From: Eledone cirrhosa
Lineage: Eukaryota
Assembly (NCBI GenBank): GCA_964016885.1
Contig: OZ024743.1
Coordinates: 216,504,001 to 216,568,000 of the forward strand
Direction: 5' to 3'
Length of the DNA: 64,000 bases
Below the pieces are notes generated by a model that was not told the origin of the DNA, ran no database searches, and saw only the letters and a program-made list of their open reading frames with translations. Shown piece after piece: positions 26,367-42,421 of this stretch (the first letter of the stretch is position 1; each line of letters opens with the position of its first letter). The position numbers were made by a program, and so were the translations under genes.

Positions 26367-29075
26367 TGTAGTGACCTACATTCCGCGGGCTCACATACAT
26401 TCTCTGTGCGTGATTTGGTTCAGCTCAGCCAATCAGCGCCAGTAGAAGATGATGTATCCCTACGCGTTCTGAGGGAGAAATAGTCCGCAAAGATTTGAGG
26501 ATGCTATCACTTCCAGCTAGACCATGCTAAGGTAAACACCACTAGTGCTTTTGCTCCGCCAGCACAAACAATATGTAACGACACAACAATTTTACTACGG
26601 AATTGGCTAAACGCCTCAGCCAGTCGACCGTATTTTCTCTTGTAATCTTAATTGATTTGTTTTATTTCTCTTGGCATGCCAGCTCAACCTCTGTTAATGA
26701 ATAATGTAAAACCAAGCTAAAGTCGTTGTCGATATTCCTATCATATCTTTCTACCAAAAGGTGGTTCCTCGTGGCAACATTACAACTTGTAAAATATACC
26801 TCTCCGCTAAATTGGTGACAACATCTTATAACCAAATTGGCGCCCTTTGACGATTAAGTATGAAAACGCAGCCTATTTGAATTCGCCATTTGTTTTAATG
26901 GCTATGTGGAGTGGCTTAACATTTGGAGTGTTCGAATCGGGTATCTGGACTCACTTAGCGTAAGTCAATAAATTCATAATATTCCATTAGTTGAAGCACG
27001 CGGCCTGCACAATATTTCTGTCATAACTTTCATAGTAACACTAGTAACTCACGCATACAGACGAACACAAATATACAACACAAAAAAAAAAGAATTTCTC
27101 TGGATGTGAAATTTTGCTTTCAACATTCTATTAAAATTACAAATGGAGACTCAAAAATGTTGTTTTCCCGCGTACACATTGTCTTCTTCAATCCCAGCCA
27201 TCTGATGGGCTGCATCGTGCCACATGACGGCTTCTTCATCACGGACCATTTTTCGATTGGCCATCATGGAAAATCATTTTTTTTCTTTAGAATAGTTTCA
27301 AATTTTCTTTAGAATATTTTTTGAAAAAAAATTATCAGTATTTCAAAAACTTTACGCCACGAGGAAATCTCAAAACGACTACCACCAAGTACCACCCATT
27401 AGCAGCAACACATGGCTAACTATTAACTAACACCAGGGAACGGCTTGTAACTTTACCGACGCAACCACCATACCTTCTGTCTCGTTACCACAAGGACTCG
27501 AGAAATTAAAACATTAGTTTTCTCACCATTATGGCGTCAGACGTGGCTGCCATATCGGTGACTCTGGGTTCTTCAACGCTCGACTTCTACTCTACAGAAG
27601 ATTCATTGTGACTTTGCTTTAACAACAAATCTACTAGCTCCCTAGTAAGAGCGTTCCTAAAGAAAAAAGAAGCGAACTTTTTGTTAAAAGAAAAGAAACA
27701 ATTCTTTCTTTCTTCCTTTTTTTTCAGGCATTTATTTTGGACATTTATTTTTTTTAAACTGTATTATATGAAAATTCATTTCTCTCTATCATTGTATATG
27801 TGACCGCACGCACACATTTTCTTTGCTGTATTACATGCCTGCATATATACACACACCAACATGTTGTTGTCTATAGTATATGATCTTCAAGCGTCGTAAT
27901 GTTCTGCGAGATCCCTTTTCACCTTCTGGAGGTACCAAAACATGCTATTCACACTTGCGGCTTAATTCACCTGCACCGCAACGCGAGTATGCTAATTGCA
28001 GCTGAACTCAAACAGTTTCGCATCTCGTTGCACACTCATCGTCCATAACAACCTATCTTGTTATCTTACCCAGCTCACCGGGAAAACAACAAATAGAACT
28101 GAACTTGTCAGCATTTTCAACACTTCTGTGGATTCGCCCGAATTATGGAACTGAAACCCACCTACAGATTCAACTTGCTTTTTTTTCTTTTCAAAGCAAC
28201 CAGCCATTTTTTCCTGGCTCCCTAGCACATTCGGCAATACATCTGGGAGGCCAACATTTTCTCGCTTACCCATCATCTTCTTGCCAGCACTGGTAAACTA
28301 CCATAATAGCTTCGTCCACAGCTACTGGTACAACACTTACCATTAACATTTAATGAAAGAACTGCAACTTCGCCCATGTCACACTTTATCTGTTTTCTGG
28401 TAGACCTTTGGTGGTCACGTATAAACTACAAAACAGCTAGTCATTTGACAGCGGCTCAACACGGCCCATCGCGCCTTTTTTTTCTTGCATGCATCTTTCT
28501 GCTCAATTATCTTTTCACTGATGTGCTCTTTCAGCATTTGTTCTTGCTGATTCAATAATCTGTGGGTCCTCGGCTTCATCGTTAACGATTTTCGGGCTCG
28601 GAGGTGATGTAGTGACGTATATTCCGCGGGCTCACATACATTCTCTGTGAGTGATTGGGCTCAGCTCAGCCAATCAGCGCCAGTAGAAGAGGATGTATCC
28701 CTACGCGTTCTGAGGAAGAAATAGCCCGCAAAGATTTTAGGACGCTATCACTTCCAGCTAGACCGTGATAAGGTAAACACCACCTGTTCTTTTGCTCCGC
28801 CAGCACAAACAATATGTAACGACACAACAATTTTACTACGGAATTGGCTAAACGCCTCAGCCAGTCGACCGTATTTTCTCTTGTAATCTTAATTGATTTG
28901 TTTTATTTCTCTTGGCATGCCAGCTCAACCTCTGTTAATAAATAATGTAAAACAAAGCTAAAGTCGTTGTCGATATTCCTATCATATCTTTCTACCAAAA
29001 GGTGGTTCCTCGTGGCAACATTACAACTTCTAAAATATACCTCTCCGCTAAATTGGTGACAACATCTTATAACCA
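26367..29075 (+). mobile_element. Non-autonomous LTR retroelement (468-bp LTRs, about 1.8-kb non-coding interior)
   Basis: Direct repeats 26367-26834 and 28608-29075 (TG...CA), PBS-like TGGCGCCC at 26838, purine-rich ggaggtga before the 3' LTR, and flanking ACTAT at 26362-66 and 29077-81. Confidence 0.88.
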
Positions 29076-30595
29076 AACTATTGTCTTCCCTATATCACAA
29101 TTACTAGATCTCCAATACCATTACTACTACCATACCACCATCAATTCATTACGACATATTCTTCCCTACGATTGCAACAGCATTATCAAATGTCCCATCA
29201 CTATTATGAACAACACTACAATTATAGGACTATAATCACCACCACTACCATCATCTCATGACCACCATATCTCTATTACCACCACCACTAACAATACTAT
29301 TTTCATCATCTCTCAAACAGCAATATCATTTTCCCATACTATTCTCACCCCACTACTGTCACCATATCAAGGCCAACAATATTTTACTAGGTTTGCTACC
29401 ATTACAAACATTGTGTTAAAGTTTTAGAACCTAACAATTTGATTAGGATTCTAAACATTTCGGCCGATCAATTGTCTTTCATCTTGTTTTTCAGTAGGTT
29501 TCAACAATCATTCCACCACCGTTAATTCTGTAGTCGTTTATTCTGTTCTAATTCATTCTAATGCATCTCTCTGCCACTTATTCCTTTTTTATCTTTCTCT
29601 CTCCTCAAATCTAGGACCTTTTACATATATTCTTCCTATGGCTCGCTCTCCCTCTTTCTGTCAGTGACTACTATTTAAAGTGTTCTGAAGATTTTCTAAT
29701 CATCTAAACATAAATCATTCCTGTATAAACAACGATAACAAAACCAGTCTTGTTAGACTTTCTTCCATATGTCTCTCTTTCCAATTATATATATATATAA
29801 ATTAAAGAATGTGTTTGTTTATCACCGACACTTTTCTATGCAGGGTAAAGCGCTCAACGAGATACGCAAGTGGGTCTTTTTACTGCAGAGCATAATGATC
29901 TTTTAATTCAGTACTTTCGAGTATCAACGTTCATCTACAGATACCTAGTTCTCTAACGACAGCAACAGTTGACTGATAAAATGAAAAGTTGGTTAGTGAT
30001 ATCGGTGGCTTCCCCACAGCCACGGCGGACAGAATGGAGAAGGTGTTTCCATAATAATGAAATGCAAATCAACCTGGTATAATTGACTTCATTTATTCAT
30101 AGTCGTTCCTATATATATTCCGGTTACAAACGTCACGACCTCATCAGCTAAAACAAAAATACATGAAAAAAAGAAATAAAAATTATTCCTCTTTCGATTC
30201 ATTGCTATGTACCGAGATGCTATTTGTTGTTGCTTTCTCAGAGCAACGGTGACACATGACTTGGAATAAATAGCCTCTCGGCATCAGCAAAAGAGAAATA
30301 TAAGGCCAACATCCAATGGTCAGAGTATGCATCGCAACACTCTGATTAAGCTATTGTAAATTCTATAGTGACATCATGGTTTGAGATTTGCCTTCAGCTT
30401 AGTCAACAACTAGGTCAGTCAGGGATTCTTTAACAGTAGCGTTTGACCTTGTAGATATGTTACTGTGTCAGATGGAAATATTTTCAGCAGCAACAATGAA
30501 ATCCTGCGACGATGATACCGTAGTTATTTAGATGTGGCACTTGGCACCAGTGACCCCATTAATAGTAGTGGCAGTAGTGATAATATAATAAGCTG

Positions 30596-30900
30596 GTGCA
30601 GTCTGCTATTAATCCAGGCTCTATTGCACTTCAGGTCGTGGAGGGTAAACTCTCCAAATATCGGTCGAGCTCCGGCAGGTTTGCGGTCGAATCCGTAGCA
30701 GTGGATACCTATGGTGTCCTTTGCGTTAGGACCTCACCCCTAATCACCAGCATCAGCACAGAGTTCACTACTCACACGTGTGAGCCTCGCGAGTTTGAAT
30801 GGATATTTCAACGCGTCACCTTCACCATACTCCGTGGAAACGCCTTCTACATTCTGTCCATTGGGGTCGCGGGGCATTCAGGGCGTGGGTCATCGTTGGA
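30596..30900 (+). pseudogene. 3' fragment of CRE-type non-LTR retrotransposon (RLE C-terminus)
   Basis: KLSKYRSSSGRFAVESVAVDTYGVL...EPREFEWIFQRVTFTILRGNA matches the K..KY...P.AVET.G...QR.S....RGNA pattern. Confidence 0.75.
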
Positions 30901-31124
30901 TTTTATTAGTGAGAGACAGTGTACCCATTAATGGAGACTTTTTTGCAGTAAGTTTTTTTGCAATCAGTCGCTGTGAGGCATTCAAGCCCATACCTCCGTG
31001 ACCCCTGCTATGAGAAATGCCATTGCATCTCCGCGCATGCGGACACGATTCTTTACATTAACGTTCTGTTATCAGTACTTAACGTCCAAGAGATCGGCTG
31101 TCTTCTTTATATAGGTAGTTACCC

Positions 31125-31380
31125 TCTTCAGATTTGCTCCAAGAAAGTTTCCCTTCCGAAGCACAAGTCTGCGCAAGGATGTTTATGAAAGACGAACAGA
31201 TTCGTATGGATATCTGCTGCCCCTGTGCACGCCAACGATTTGCGCTAGGGTTAGGCAAACGATAGTACAGCTTGGGATCAATGTCTTGTTCAAAAAACCA
31301 ACGCATCACGTCCTTGCAACGAGCACACAGCAACACGACAATCAATTCGACGCTCTGACAGCAAAGCCACGCTCCTCCAC
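31125..31380 (-). mobile_element. Old tRNA-derived SINE (CORE-like)
   Basis: Minus strand ggaggagcgtggct...ttgaacaagacatt..., related to 62300-62405. Confidence 0.55.
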
Positions 31381-31381
31381 T

Positions 31382-31434
<53 letters not shown>

Positions 31435-31574
31435 CACACACACACACACAGACATATATATATATATATATATATAGGGAGTGTAACATGCAGTTGCAGT
31501 AGGTTCACCCAACTGAACACTCGATCCGTAGTCTCCCGTCGGTAAAAAGGTGTAGAACTAAGCAGAGTGTAATT

Positions 31575-31817
31575 ATAATAATTGTTTCTACTTTAGGCAC
31601 AAGGCCAGCAAATACCCAGTGCATTACTGCTACTGTGCGATGTGTTGTCTTCATTACGTTTTTTGAGTAGTGACGCGTGTTTCGCTGTTGATCAGATATT
31701 GAGTTCAAATCCCGACGAGGTTAACTTTGCCTTTCATCCTTGCGGGGTCGATAAAATAAAATACCAGTAATACACTAGGGTGATAGCTGGCCTTGTGCCA
31801 TAAGTAGAAACAATTAT
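31575..31817. mobile_element. SINE (11301 family) at 31697-31817 (+) with an inverted tail piece at 31575-31630 (-)
   Basis: Core and tail on the plus strand. ataattgtttctactttaggcacaaggccagc is the reverse complement of the tail. Confidence 0.75.
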
Positions 31818-31949
31818 ATGTATGTTCTCAACTAGCTATATGAAAGGTTATTTTTCGTATATGGTTTATATAAAAGATACTTTTTCGTATATTGTTCAAA
31901 TTTGTGTACATCTATATGTATATATATAATTGAAAAATATGCACACTAG

Positions 31950-32122
<173 letters not shown>

Positions 32123-32422
32123 GAGCGTTTCTAACGCTGAATATTTGCAAAACATTATAGTTTTATAGACAAAAACGCTAAATCGATTTGATATATAAAG
32201 GAAAGAATTTTGCAGCATATGGTGAAGTGAGACAAAGTACAATATATCATATTGTTTGAGAAATCAACACTGGTTATATTTCATTCATGCAACATATGCC
32301 GAACGATTACCTACATAAAATATATAATTCACTTTGAAAATATTTGCGTATTAGTTTGCATTTAAGGATGATTGTGCGGAAACAAACACACATACACACA
32401 TACACACATATATGTATGTATG

Positions 32423-32468
<46 letters not shown>

Positions 32469-32510
32469 TACATATAATATATATGTATGTAATAACATAT
32501 ATATATATAT

Positions 32511-32698
32511 AAAACGGAGGAAGTGTGGTAAGGAACCAGGTGGACCATAACACACCAGAGCACCCAATACTTTTGGTAGTAGAGTGGGTAATAGGAGAAT
32601 GTTCAAGACCAAGACGGCAGAGCTCAAGCCGTTTCGATGGCTATTTCTGGTCTAGCCGTCTAAACGGCTTGAGCTCTGCTATCGGGGTCTTGAACATT
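32511..32698 (-). mobile_element. Family B terminal-repeat fragment ending in a ribozyme-centred palindrome
   Basis: 32511-32643 is a reverse-complement homologue of 23954-24082. 32598-32643 and 32653-32698 are inverted arms. Confidence 0.8.
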
Positions 32699-32817
32699 GT
32701 ATATATATATATATATATAATATATATAATATATATATAATATATATATATATATAATATATATATAATATATATATATATTTATAATATATATAATATA
32801 TATATATAATATATATA

Positions 32818-35495
32818 TCTAGCTTTAAATTTCGCTAGAAAGTTTACCAATATCTCTGATATTGAAGAGAACGTCATCTTGCACGCTAGAAACACTCTAC
32901 TCTTTACTGTTAATGACACTTGGGTAAAAATATCTAACCCAGAGAGTCCATTCGATGTCTCAATGGGCTCTTTTGACAGTGCTGATGTTTGTGATTTAGT
33001 CGGCCTATTCCTCCTACACACACTTAAAGAAACATTCCCTAACCATATTTTTGGGCTTTATCGCGACGATGGTCTAATACTTTCCCATACTACCATAGGC
33101 CATAACTTAGATAGATTAAGGAAAGACTTAATAAAAACCTTTGCTAGTTTTAATCTTAAAATTACTATTGACACTAACCTTTCCAATGTTAATTTTCTAG
33201 ATATAAACCTAGATTTGCCTACTGCTTCTGAGAAACCATACCATAAACCTAATGAAAATTTAAAATATATAAATAAAGGCTCTTGCCGCCCTCCTATAGT
33301 TTTTTAAAAACCTTATCCCTAATATTAGCCGTAGGATCTCCACCCTCTCTTCCTCAGAAGCTATTTTCAATAAGGCATCCCCCTACTATAATAAAGCCCT
33401 TCAAAATAGCGGATTTAGCGAACCGATTATGTACATACCCAAATATACTAACTCTTTTAAACATAAAAATAGGAAAAGAAAAATAATCTGGTTCACACCC
33501 GCCTACTTTCTAGCAGTTAAAACTAATGTAGGCAAACAATTCCTAGAGCTCTTAGATAAACATTTCCCAAGAACACATAGATACTATAAGATCTTCAATA
33601 GAAACTGTGTCAAAATTAGCTACTCCTCCGGTCCCCTTATTAAATCTTATATCATCAATAAGAAATCACCCAGAGAACATCAAAATTGCTCCTGTAGAGT
33701 CAAAGGTAAATGCCCATTACAAGGTAAATGCAACACCAAAGTCATTGTATATGCGGCTAAAGTGACAACCATCAGCAACAACCAACCAGCCACCAGCGAA
33801 CGATATGTGGGTATGACACAAGACAAATTCAAAACGCGTTATTACTCACATGTCGCATCTTTCCGACATCCAGAAAAAAGATTCACAACAGCTCTGGCTA
33901 GCAGAATATGGGATTTGAAAGACCAAGGTATCCAATATAAATTGGATTGGTCAATTTTGAACCAATCTAAAGAATATGCAAGAGGAACAAGAAGATGCAC
34001 ACTCTACATAAGTGAAAGATATTGGATTTTACAAAACCTTAAATCACCAAAAACCTGCCTAAATACAAAAACAGAACTTTTCACCTGTTGCCCACACATG
34101 AAATCACACTTGCTTTCCAGCTCATATAAACTTAATTCACTTTCAGACACTTATCCTCCATAAGTTCTTATTCTTCACTTTTCTTAAATTATTCTCTTTA
34201 CAGACTTCTCTTTCTGATTTACTTTTTATTTTTATTTTTATTTTTATTTTGCTTTTTACTTCACATCCACCAGTACCCCCCCCCCCCTACTCTTCGATTC
34301 ACTTACCTAATATCTTCACATTCCACATTTTACTTCCCTATTTTCTTTACCACCTGATTATACAGTCACTTGCGATTTCCACTTCAGATATATTCTGTTG
34401 TGTCGCAGCCGATTTTATATTTGTACTTATTTATTCATAAGGCTGCTTTATACTCTGTATCTATGTGTCTGAGTGTCTTTACGTATGTATACGTTCTTTA
34501 TATGTACACGAACGCCTCCGCATGTGCGCGTGCGTGCGTGTATATATATGTGTGTGTATGTGTGTTTTTAATTCTATGTTTTTACATCTGTTTTTTACAC
34601 TCTTATTTTTATGTGTGTATGTGTAAGCAGGTGAATGTACGTGAATGTGTATGTGTGTATGTGTGTATATATGTATATGTATGTATGGGTGTGTATGTGT
34701 ATATATATATATATATAGTCGCGTACGTACGTGTGATTAGATATACATGGGGCGATATATATATATATAAGTGCAGCGTGTGTATGTATGTACGCATGCA
34801 TGCGCTTTTGTCTGTACGTATTTGCGTGTATAAATATCTTTTTATAGATATATGTTTTTTATAGATGTGTATGTACGTGCGTACCTATGTTTGTTTTCTT
34901 TTCTCTAGTGTTAATTGACTACATTCTTTTTCATTTAAACATTTTTTCATTCTTATATATTGTTTTATTTTGATACATATATCGAGAATGACAATTTCTT
35001 TTAACTATTACACTCCCTTCCCTCTTTATCTTCCGCATATAAGTGATCGCGCGTGTGTGTGTGTTTATACGCGTGATTTCATACTCGTATGTGTATCTAA
35101 TACCTATATCTGGAGGCGTGTCAACTATATTATCATTTTCTTTTTCAACTCATATTATATCCGTATTTGTGGTCACATATACACAAATATACTTGCCCTC
35201 ATATATGTACTTACGCACACATTTTCACCATACACATGCATTTGTACATACATACATATGTACATTTGTGAGTGTATATACATACATATACAAACATCTA
35301 ACTATATTTCCTTATACTTTTTATATATTTTATATATCTCTTGCATTACTTTTATTTATATATTTTTTTTGCATTTCTTGAGGAGACTTTCCAAATATTT
35401 CACTGTTTTATATTACCTTGTCCGACGAACGAAAGGGGACGTTTTTTTCCTATTCGTCTTATTCGGGAAACCTCTGGTAATGAGGTAATTATGTT
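32818..35495 (+). mobile_element. 5'-truncated Penelope-like element (RT, GIY-YIG, 3' UTR, ribozyme)
   Basis: FDVSMGSFDSADVCDLVG, GLYRDDG, NFLDI, IIWFTP, CSC....CPL, VY...YVG, C.H in ORFs 32879-33307 and 33429-34163. TA-rich repeats at both ends. Confidence 0.92.
35412..35489 (+). ncRNA. Hammerhead ribozyme, U4C core variant
   Basis: attaccttgt CCGACGA a-cgaa...ttcg-g GAAA cc-tct-gg TA atgaggtaat: 10-bp stem I, located at the 3' end of the PLE. Confidence 0.8.
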
Positions 35496-36063
35496 GTATT
35501 GTTTATTATACATTATATATATATTGTATATATATTGCATATATATTCTATTATATATATATTGTATATATATTGTATATACATTATATATATATTGTAT
35601 ATATATTGTATATATATTGTATATATATATTGTATATATATATATATATTGTATATATATTGTATATATATTGTATATATATATTGTATATATATATATA
35701 TATTGTATATATATATATTGTATATATATATATATATATTGAATATATATATATATATATTGTATATAAATATATATATATATTGCATATATATATATAT
35801 ATTGTATATAAATATATATATATATATTGTATATAAATATATATATATATATTGTATATATATATATATTGTATATAAATATATATATATATTGTATATA
35901 TATATATATATTGTATATAAATATATATATATGTTGTATATAAATATATTGTATGTATATATATATATTGTATATAAATATATTGTATATATATATATTG
36001 TATAAATATATATTGTATATATATATATATTTTAAAACTGCACTATATATTGTATATATATAT

Positions 36064-36109
<46 letters not shown>

Positions 36110-36320
36110 ATATATATATATTGTATATATATATATATATTGTATATATATATATATATTGTATATATATATATATATTATATATATATATATATATATA
36201 TTGTATATATATATTATATATATATATATTGTATATATATATATATATATATTGTATATATATATATATGATGTATGTATATATATACATATATACATGT
36301 ATGTATATATATACATACAT

Positions 36321-36364
<44 letters not shown>

Positions 36365-36404
36365 ATATATACATATATACATGTATGTATATATATACAT
36401 ACAT

Positions 36405-36449
<45 letters not shown>

Positions 36450-36454
<5 letters not shown>

Positions 36455-36555
36455 GTATCGGTTTACCGGACATTTATTATAATGCTCAGTTTGTGTGTTG
36501 GTAAACAAACGAAGAGCCCGAATTACGCCGTACAGTGTTTAGGCAACCACGTCAC
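36450..36555 (+). repeat. Unclassified interspersed repeat (reverse copy at 1-96, short copy at 36884-36917)
   Basis: gcacgtatcggtttaccggacatttattataatgctc...cccgaatta.gccgtacagtgt.tag is shared. Confidence 0.7.
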
Positions 36556-37152
36556 CTCTATTGTTCAACACTGACACAGGAACGATGTACTAGTTTTAAG
36601 CTTATTAGCTATCGTCCGCATCTTATGCCTTCCTGCCAGATGGTTGAACGTCTGAAAGTAAATACTTTCCTTATGCATATTAACGGCTGAGCAGCCTAAT
36701 TTGGAAATCCAGTGAGTTCAGTCGGCCGGGCACACCGAAAACGATAAATGGAATAGAATGAAAAGAAATTTCATTTCTCACTCTTAGTACAGCTCTTACT
36801 TAAATGTAAGTATGTATGTATGTATACGTACATACATATATGTATACAGACGTACAGTAGTATGTATATATATATACATACATGCACGTATCGGTTTACC
36901 GAACATTTATTATAATGTGTGTAGCCTCTGCACACCCTCTGCACCCTACTATCGACACCACCCCATCTATGATTCAGCTAACCACTCGACTCCCGGGAAT
37001 GAATATGACCGCAGCTAGTAAACAAGGACCCACACCCCACCCTGCCGCACCAAAATTAGACTTATCGTCCCCTACTTTTGCTCTTTACTCTCTTTACTCT
37101 TTGTTCTTGAATGTTGGATGGTAGAGTCCATAACACCAATCAAACCCCTTAT

Positions 37153-37204
37153 ATAGGTCTGACGAATCCTACGGTTACGTAAGGAAGAAACATTGTAAGC
37201 CAAT
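37153..37204 (+). ncRNA. Hammerhead ribozyme motif (stem I eroded)
   Basis: ataggt CTGACGA a-tcct-acg-gtta-cgt-a-agga-a GAAA cattg TA agccaat. Confidence 0.6.
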
Positions 37205-37342
37205 AAAAATCTTTTGATGTTGTAGACGCTCTTGTGTTCTTTATCATATATACGGGTGTGCTCCAAAGCATAGAACTAATTATTATGCTGTCAATACCTT
37301 AATGGGACACGGGTATACAATACCTAACTCCTATTAACCTAA

Positions 37343-37389
<47 letters not shown>

Positions 37390-37687
37390 TATTGTATATA
37401 TATATATTGTGTATATATATATATATATATATATATTGTATATATATATATATTGTATATATATATATATATATATATATTGTATATATATATATATTGT
37501 ATATATATATATATTGTATATATATATATATATTGTATATATATATATATTGTATATATATATATATATATTGTATATATATATATTGTATATATATATA
37601 TATATATTGTATATATATATATATATATATATAGATATATATATATTTATAGATATATATTGTATATATTTATATATATAGATATAT

Positions 37688-37725
<38 letters not shown>

Positions 37726-37774
37726 ATATATATATATATATATATATTGTATATATATATATATATATATATTG

Positions 37775-37809
<35 letters not shown>

Positions 37810-37892
37810 TATATATATATATATGTATATATATATATTGTATATGTATATATATATATATTGTATATATATATATGTATATATATATATTG

Positions 37893-37932
<40 letters not shown>

Positions 37933-38011
37933 ATATATATATATATGTGTATATATATATATGTATATATATATATATTGTATAAATATATATGTATATA
38001 TATATATATTG

Positions 38012-38042
<31 letters not shown>

Positions 38043-38044
38043 AT

Positions 38045-38075
<31 letters not shown>

Positions 38076-38077
38076 TG

Positions 38078-38110
<33 letters not shown>

Positions 38111-38112
38111 TG

Positions 38113-38154
<42 letters not shown>

Positions 38155-38379
38155 ATATATATATATAGATATGTATTGTATATATATATAGATATATATT
38201 GTGTGTATATATATATAGATATATATTGTGTATATATATATATATATATATATTGTGTGTGTATAAATGTGTGAATGTATGTGTTTGTGTGTGTGTGTGT
38301 ATGTGTATGCATGTGTGTGCATATGTATGTATGTGTATGTATAGTATAGTTTACACGAGAGAGACATACGTACATGGAG

Positions 38380-38457
<78 letters not shown>

Positions 38458-38697
38458 ACATATATATGTATATATATATATATATGTGTGTGTATGTGTA
38501 TGCGCACGTGTGTATGTGTATGCGCACGTGTGTATGTGTATGTGTGTGTGTGTGTATATTTGTGTGTATGTATATTTGTGTGTTTGTGTTTTTCTTGTGT
38601 ATACATATATATATTGTATGTATGTATGTGTGTGTGTGTGTATATATGTATGTGTGTGTATGTGTATGTGTATACACAAACATATATAATGTGTGTC

Positions 38698-38756
<59 letters not shown>

Positions 38757-39293
38757 ATGCGTGTGTGAATGTGTAGGTGTGCACACACACACACACATAT
38801 ATATATAAATATGTATATATAAAGGTATGTATATGTGTGTAAGTGTTTTTGTATGTGCTTGTGAGTATGTAAATATATTTTATTCTTTCCATTCTACAAA
38901 AACCTTCTGGCCACCTGTGGCTTGTATGTTAACTTGACCACTCACCCCAGTCTGTGCCATGATTCGGTCTTGTTAAATGTTTAATTTCTATTTCCAACCC
39001 ACCTAAAAAATTTCCCTACTATATATTTGTTGAATTACTTTTTTAAATTTATTTATTTTTTATTTATTTTATTTATTTATTCATTTATCTATTTATTTAT
39101 TCATTTATTTATTTATTTACTTATTTATTAATTACAAAAAGCACTCTGGCTAATTGACCACTCTCCAAAGAAAAAACGGCCTGTGCCATGAAGTGGTCCT
39201 ATGTATCTAAATACCATCCCCCCTCCCCCCAATCCACCAGCCTCCCTTACCACTACCTAAATGTATAAATACCAAAACTTAATATGACACCCT

Positions 39294-39342
39294 GCTTCCT
39301 GAAGATTTCATCTGAATGAAACAGTACTAGTCCTGGAGAAGC
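39294..39342 (+). ncRNA. Hammerhead ribozyme (family A), U16.1 mutated
   Basis: gcttc CTGAAGA t-ttca-tc-tgaa-t GAAA cag-tactagtc-ctg GA gaagc. Stem I covaries relative to 3199. Confidence 0.7.
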
Positions 39343-39483
39343 TCCTTCTATAAAATAAAAAAAATTTACTCTGCCATGTATTGAGTACCTTACTTACTGT
39401 GGTTATCCCCGACTCAACCCGGGACCTACGTATATATATATATATATATATATATTGTATATATATATTGTATATATATATTG

Positions 39484-39516
<33 letters not shown>

Positions 39517-39747
39517 TGCATATATATATTGTATATATATATTGTATATATATATTGTATATATATATTGTATATATATATTGTATATATAATATATATA
39601 TTGTATATATATATTGTATATATATATATATATTGTATATATATATATTGTATATATATATATTGTATATATATGTATATATATATTGTATATACAATAT
39701 ATTTATATACAATATATACATATATATATAAAATATATTTTTATACA

Positions 39748-39782
<35 letters not shown>

Positions 39783-39850
39783 CACTATATTTATATACAA
39801 CATATATATATATATATATATATATTCAATATATATATATATATATATAT

Positions 39851-39914
<64 letters not shown>

Positions 39915-39997
39915 ATATTTATATACAATATATATATATATATAATATATATTGTATATAAATATATTGTATATATATATATTGTATATAAATATAT

Positions 39998-40081
<84 letters not shown>

Positions 40082-40111
40082 TAGATATTGTATATATATA
40101 TATATATATAC

Positions 40112-40340
40112 AGTTGAAAATTGCAAACTTGACTGTCTCCACATATTATGAACCAGAAGATTGCGATAGCATGAAAGTACTTGTTCAATTAACACTTAAA
40201 ATTTAACATTCTATCATACTATTTCATTATAATACCATTATAATTTTTAAAGGATTGTAAATAAAAAGGGTAAATCAAAGTTGGAATTCCTCTTATTAAT
40301 ACAATATTCCATACACAATCATACACACCCATGTATATTT
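40112..40340 (+). mobile_element. Short ribozyme-bearing unit (family I), core mutated to CAGAAGA at 40154
   Basis: Homologous to 41968-42197 and 57509-57680. Flanked by TA. Confidence 0.8.
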
Positions 40341-40435
40341 ATCTATCTATATGTATATATATATATATATATTGTATATATATATATATATATATTGTAT
40401 ATATATATATATATATTGTATATATATATATATAT

Positions 40436-40519
<84 letters not shown>

Positions 40520-40545
40520 ATGTATATATATATATAAATATATTG

Positions 40546-40576
<31 letters not shown>

Positions 40577-40842
40577 TGTATATATATATATATAAATTGT
40601 ATATATATATATATATATATATTGTATATATATATATATATATATATTGTACATACATATATATATATTGTATATATATATTGTATATATATATATTATA
40701 TTATATATATAAATATATTGTATATATATACATATATATTTTATATATATATATATTGTATATATATATATATATATTGTATATATATATATATATATAT
40801 TGTATATATATATATATATATATATTGTATATATATATATAT

Positions 40843-40882
<40 letters not shown>

Positions 40883-40998
40883 ATATATATATATATTGTA
40901 TATATATATATATATTGTATATATATATTGTATATATATATATATATATATATTGTATATATATATTGTATATATATATATTGTATATCTATATATAT

Positions 40999-41036
<38 letters not shown>

Positions 41037-41057
41037 ATATATATAATATATACATAT

Positions 41058-41140
<83 letters not shown>

Positions 41141-41143
<3 letters not shown>

Positions 41144-41345
41144 AAGTGAGGTTTTTTTTACAAAATGAAAAATAACCGAGGTGTCCTACACGAGTGAATG
41201 TATAAAGAAAAAGAGATGAAATCGAAAATGCAACTGGAGTCTTATTTGTTTGATTTTTAATATATATATTTATTTGGTTCACTTACCGGTTCTTCTGCTT
41301 TTCAAAAGGTGAGTTGAGATGGAGGGTCTGTGGTTTTTCTCACAT
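41141..41345 (-). mobile_element. PLE-type terminal repeat (family J) with deleted ribozyme
   Basis: Homologous to 46881-47078 but lacks ctgcgaa of stem II/core. Confidence 0.7.
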
Positions 41346-41824
41346 CTGTTATATCTAGCGCCATGGATATGAGCCAGAATGCTGAGAAGGTCGTGCGCAA
41401 ATGCACATGTATTAGGCTTGCGACAGATCAGCCTCAAGATTCTTATCTTAGGAGAAGTAACTATAATTTATCTGGGTGCCTATTGAAAATCACAGAAAAT
41501 TGATTACATCACTAATAACTATTTTATAAATAATTGTACCGTAATTAATTAATTATTTCATTAGTATACCATCCCTTGTGGAACAGGTTTGTGTTTTGAA
41601 GTTCCGACCGATCTGCTGAAAAGGTTTAAACATTGAAATTTAAACTTGTCAAGGCACCAGGCAATTGACATTTTACGTCTGTAAGTATAGATTTAATATT
41701 TAATATTTTCTAGATCGATACAGGCGGACTATATATACTTGAATAAAGATATTTCTATCTGGCTAAAAAATTATTGTCATTTTGCAAAAAAACCACATTA
41801 TTGATGATCATATTTTTTTAAATT

Positions 41825-41923
<99 letters not shown>

Positions 41924-41967
41924 ATATATATATATATATATATATTTATTGTATATATATATATAAA

Positions 41968-42421
<454 letters not shown>

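Noticed and set aside
28061-28276. 71-aa ORF inside the LTR element
   Set aside because: No recognisable gag/pol or other motif.
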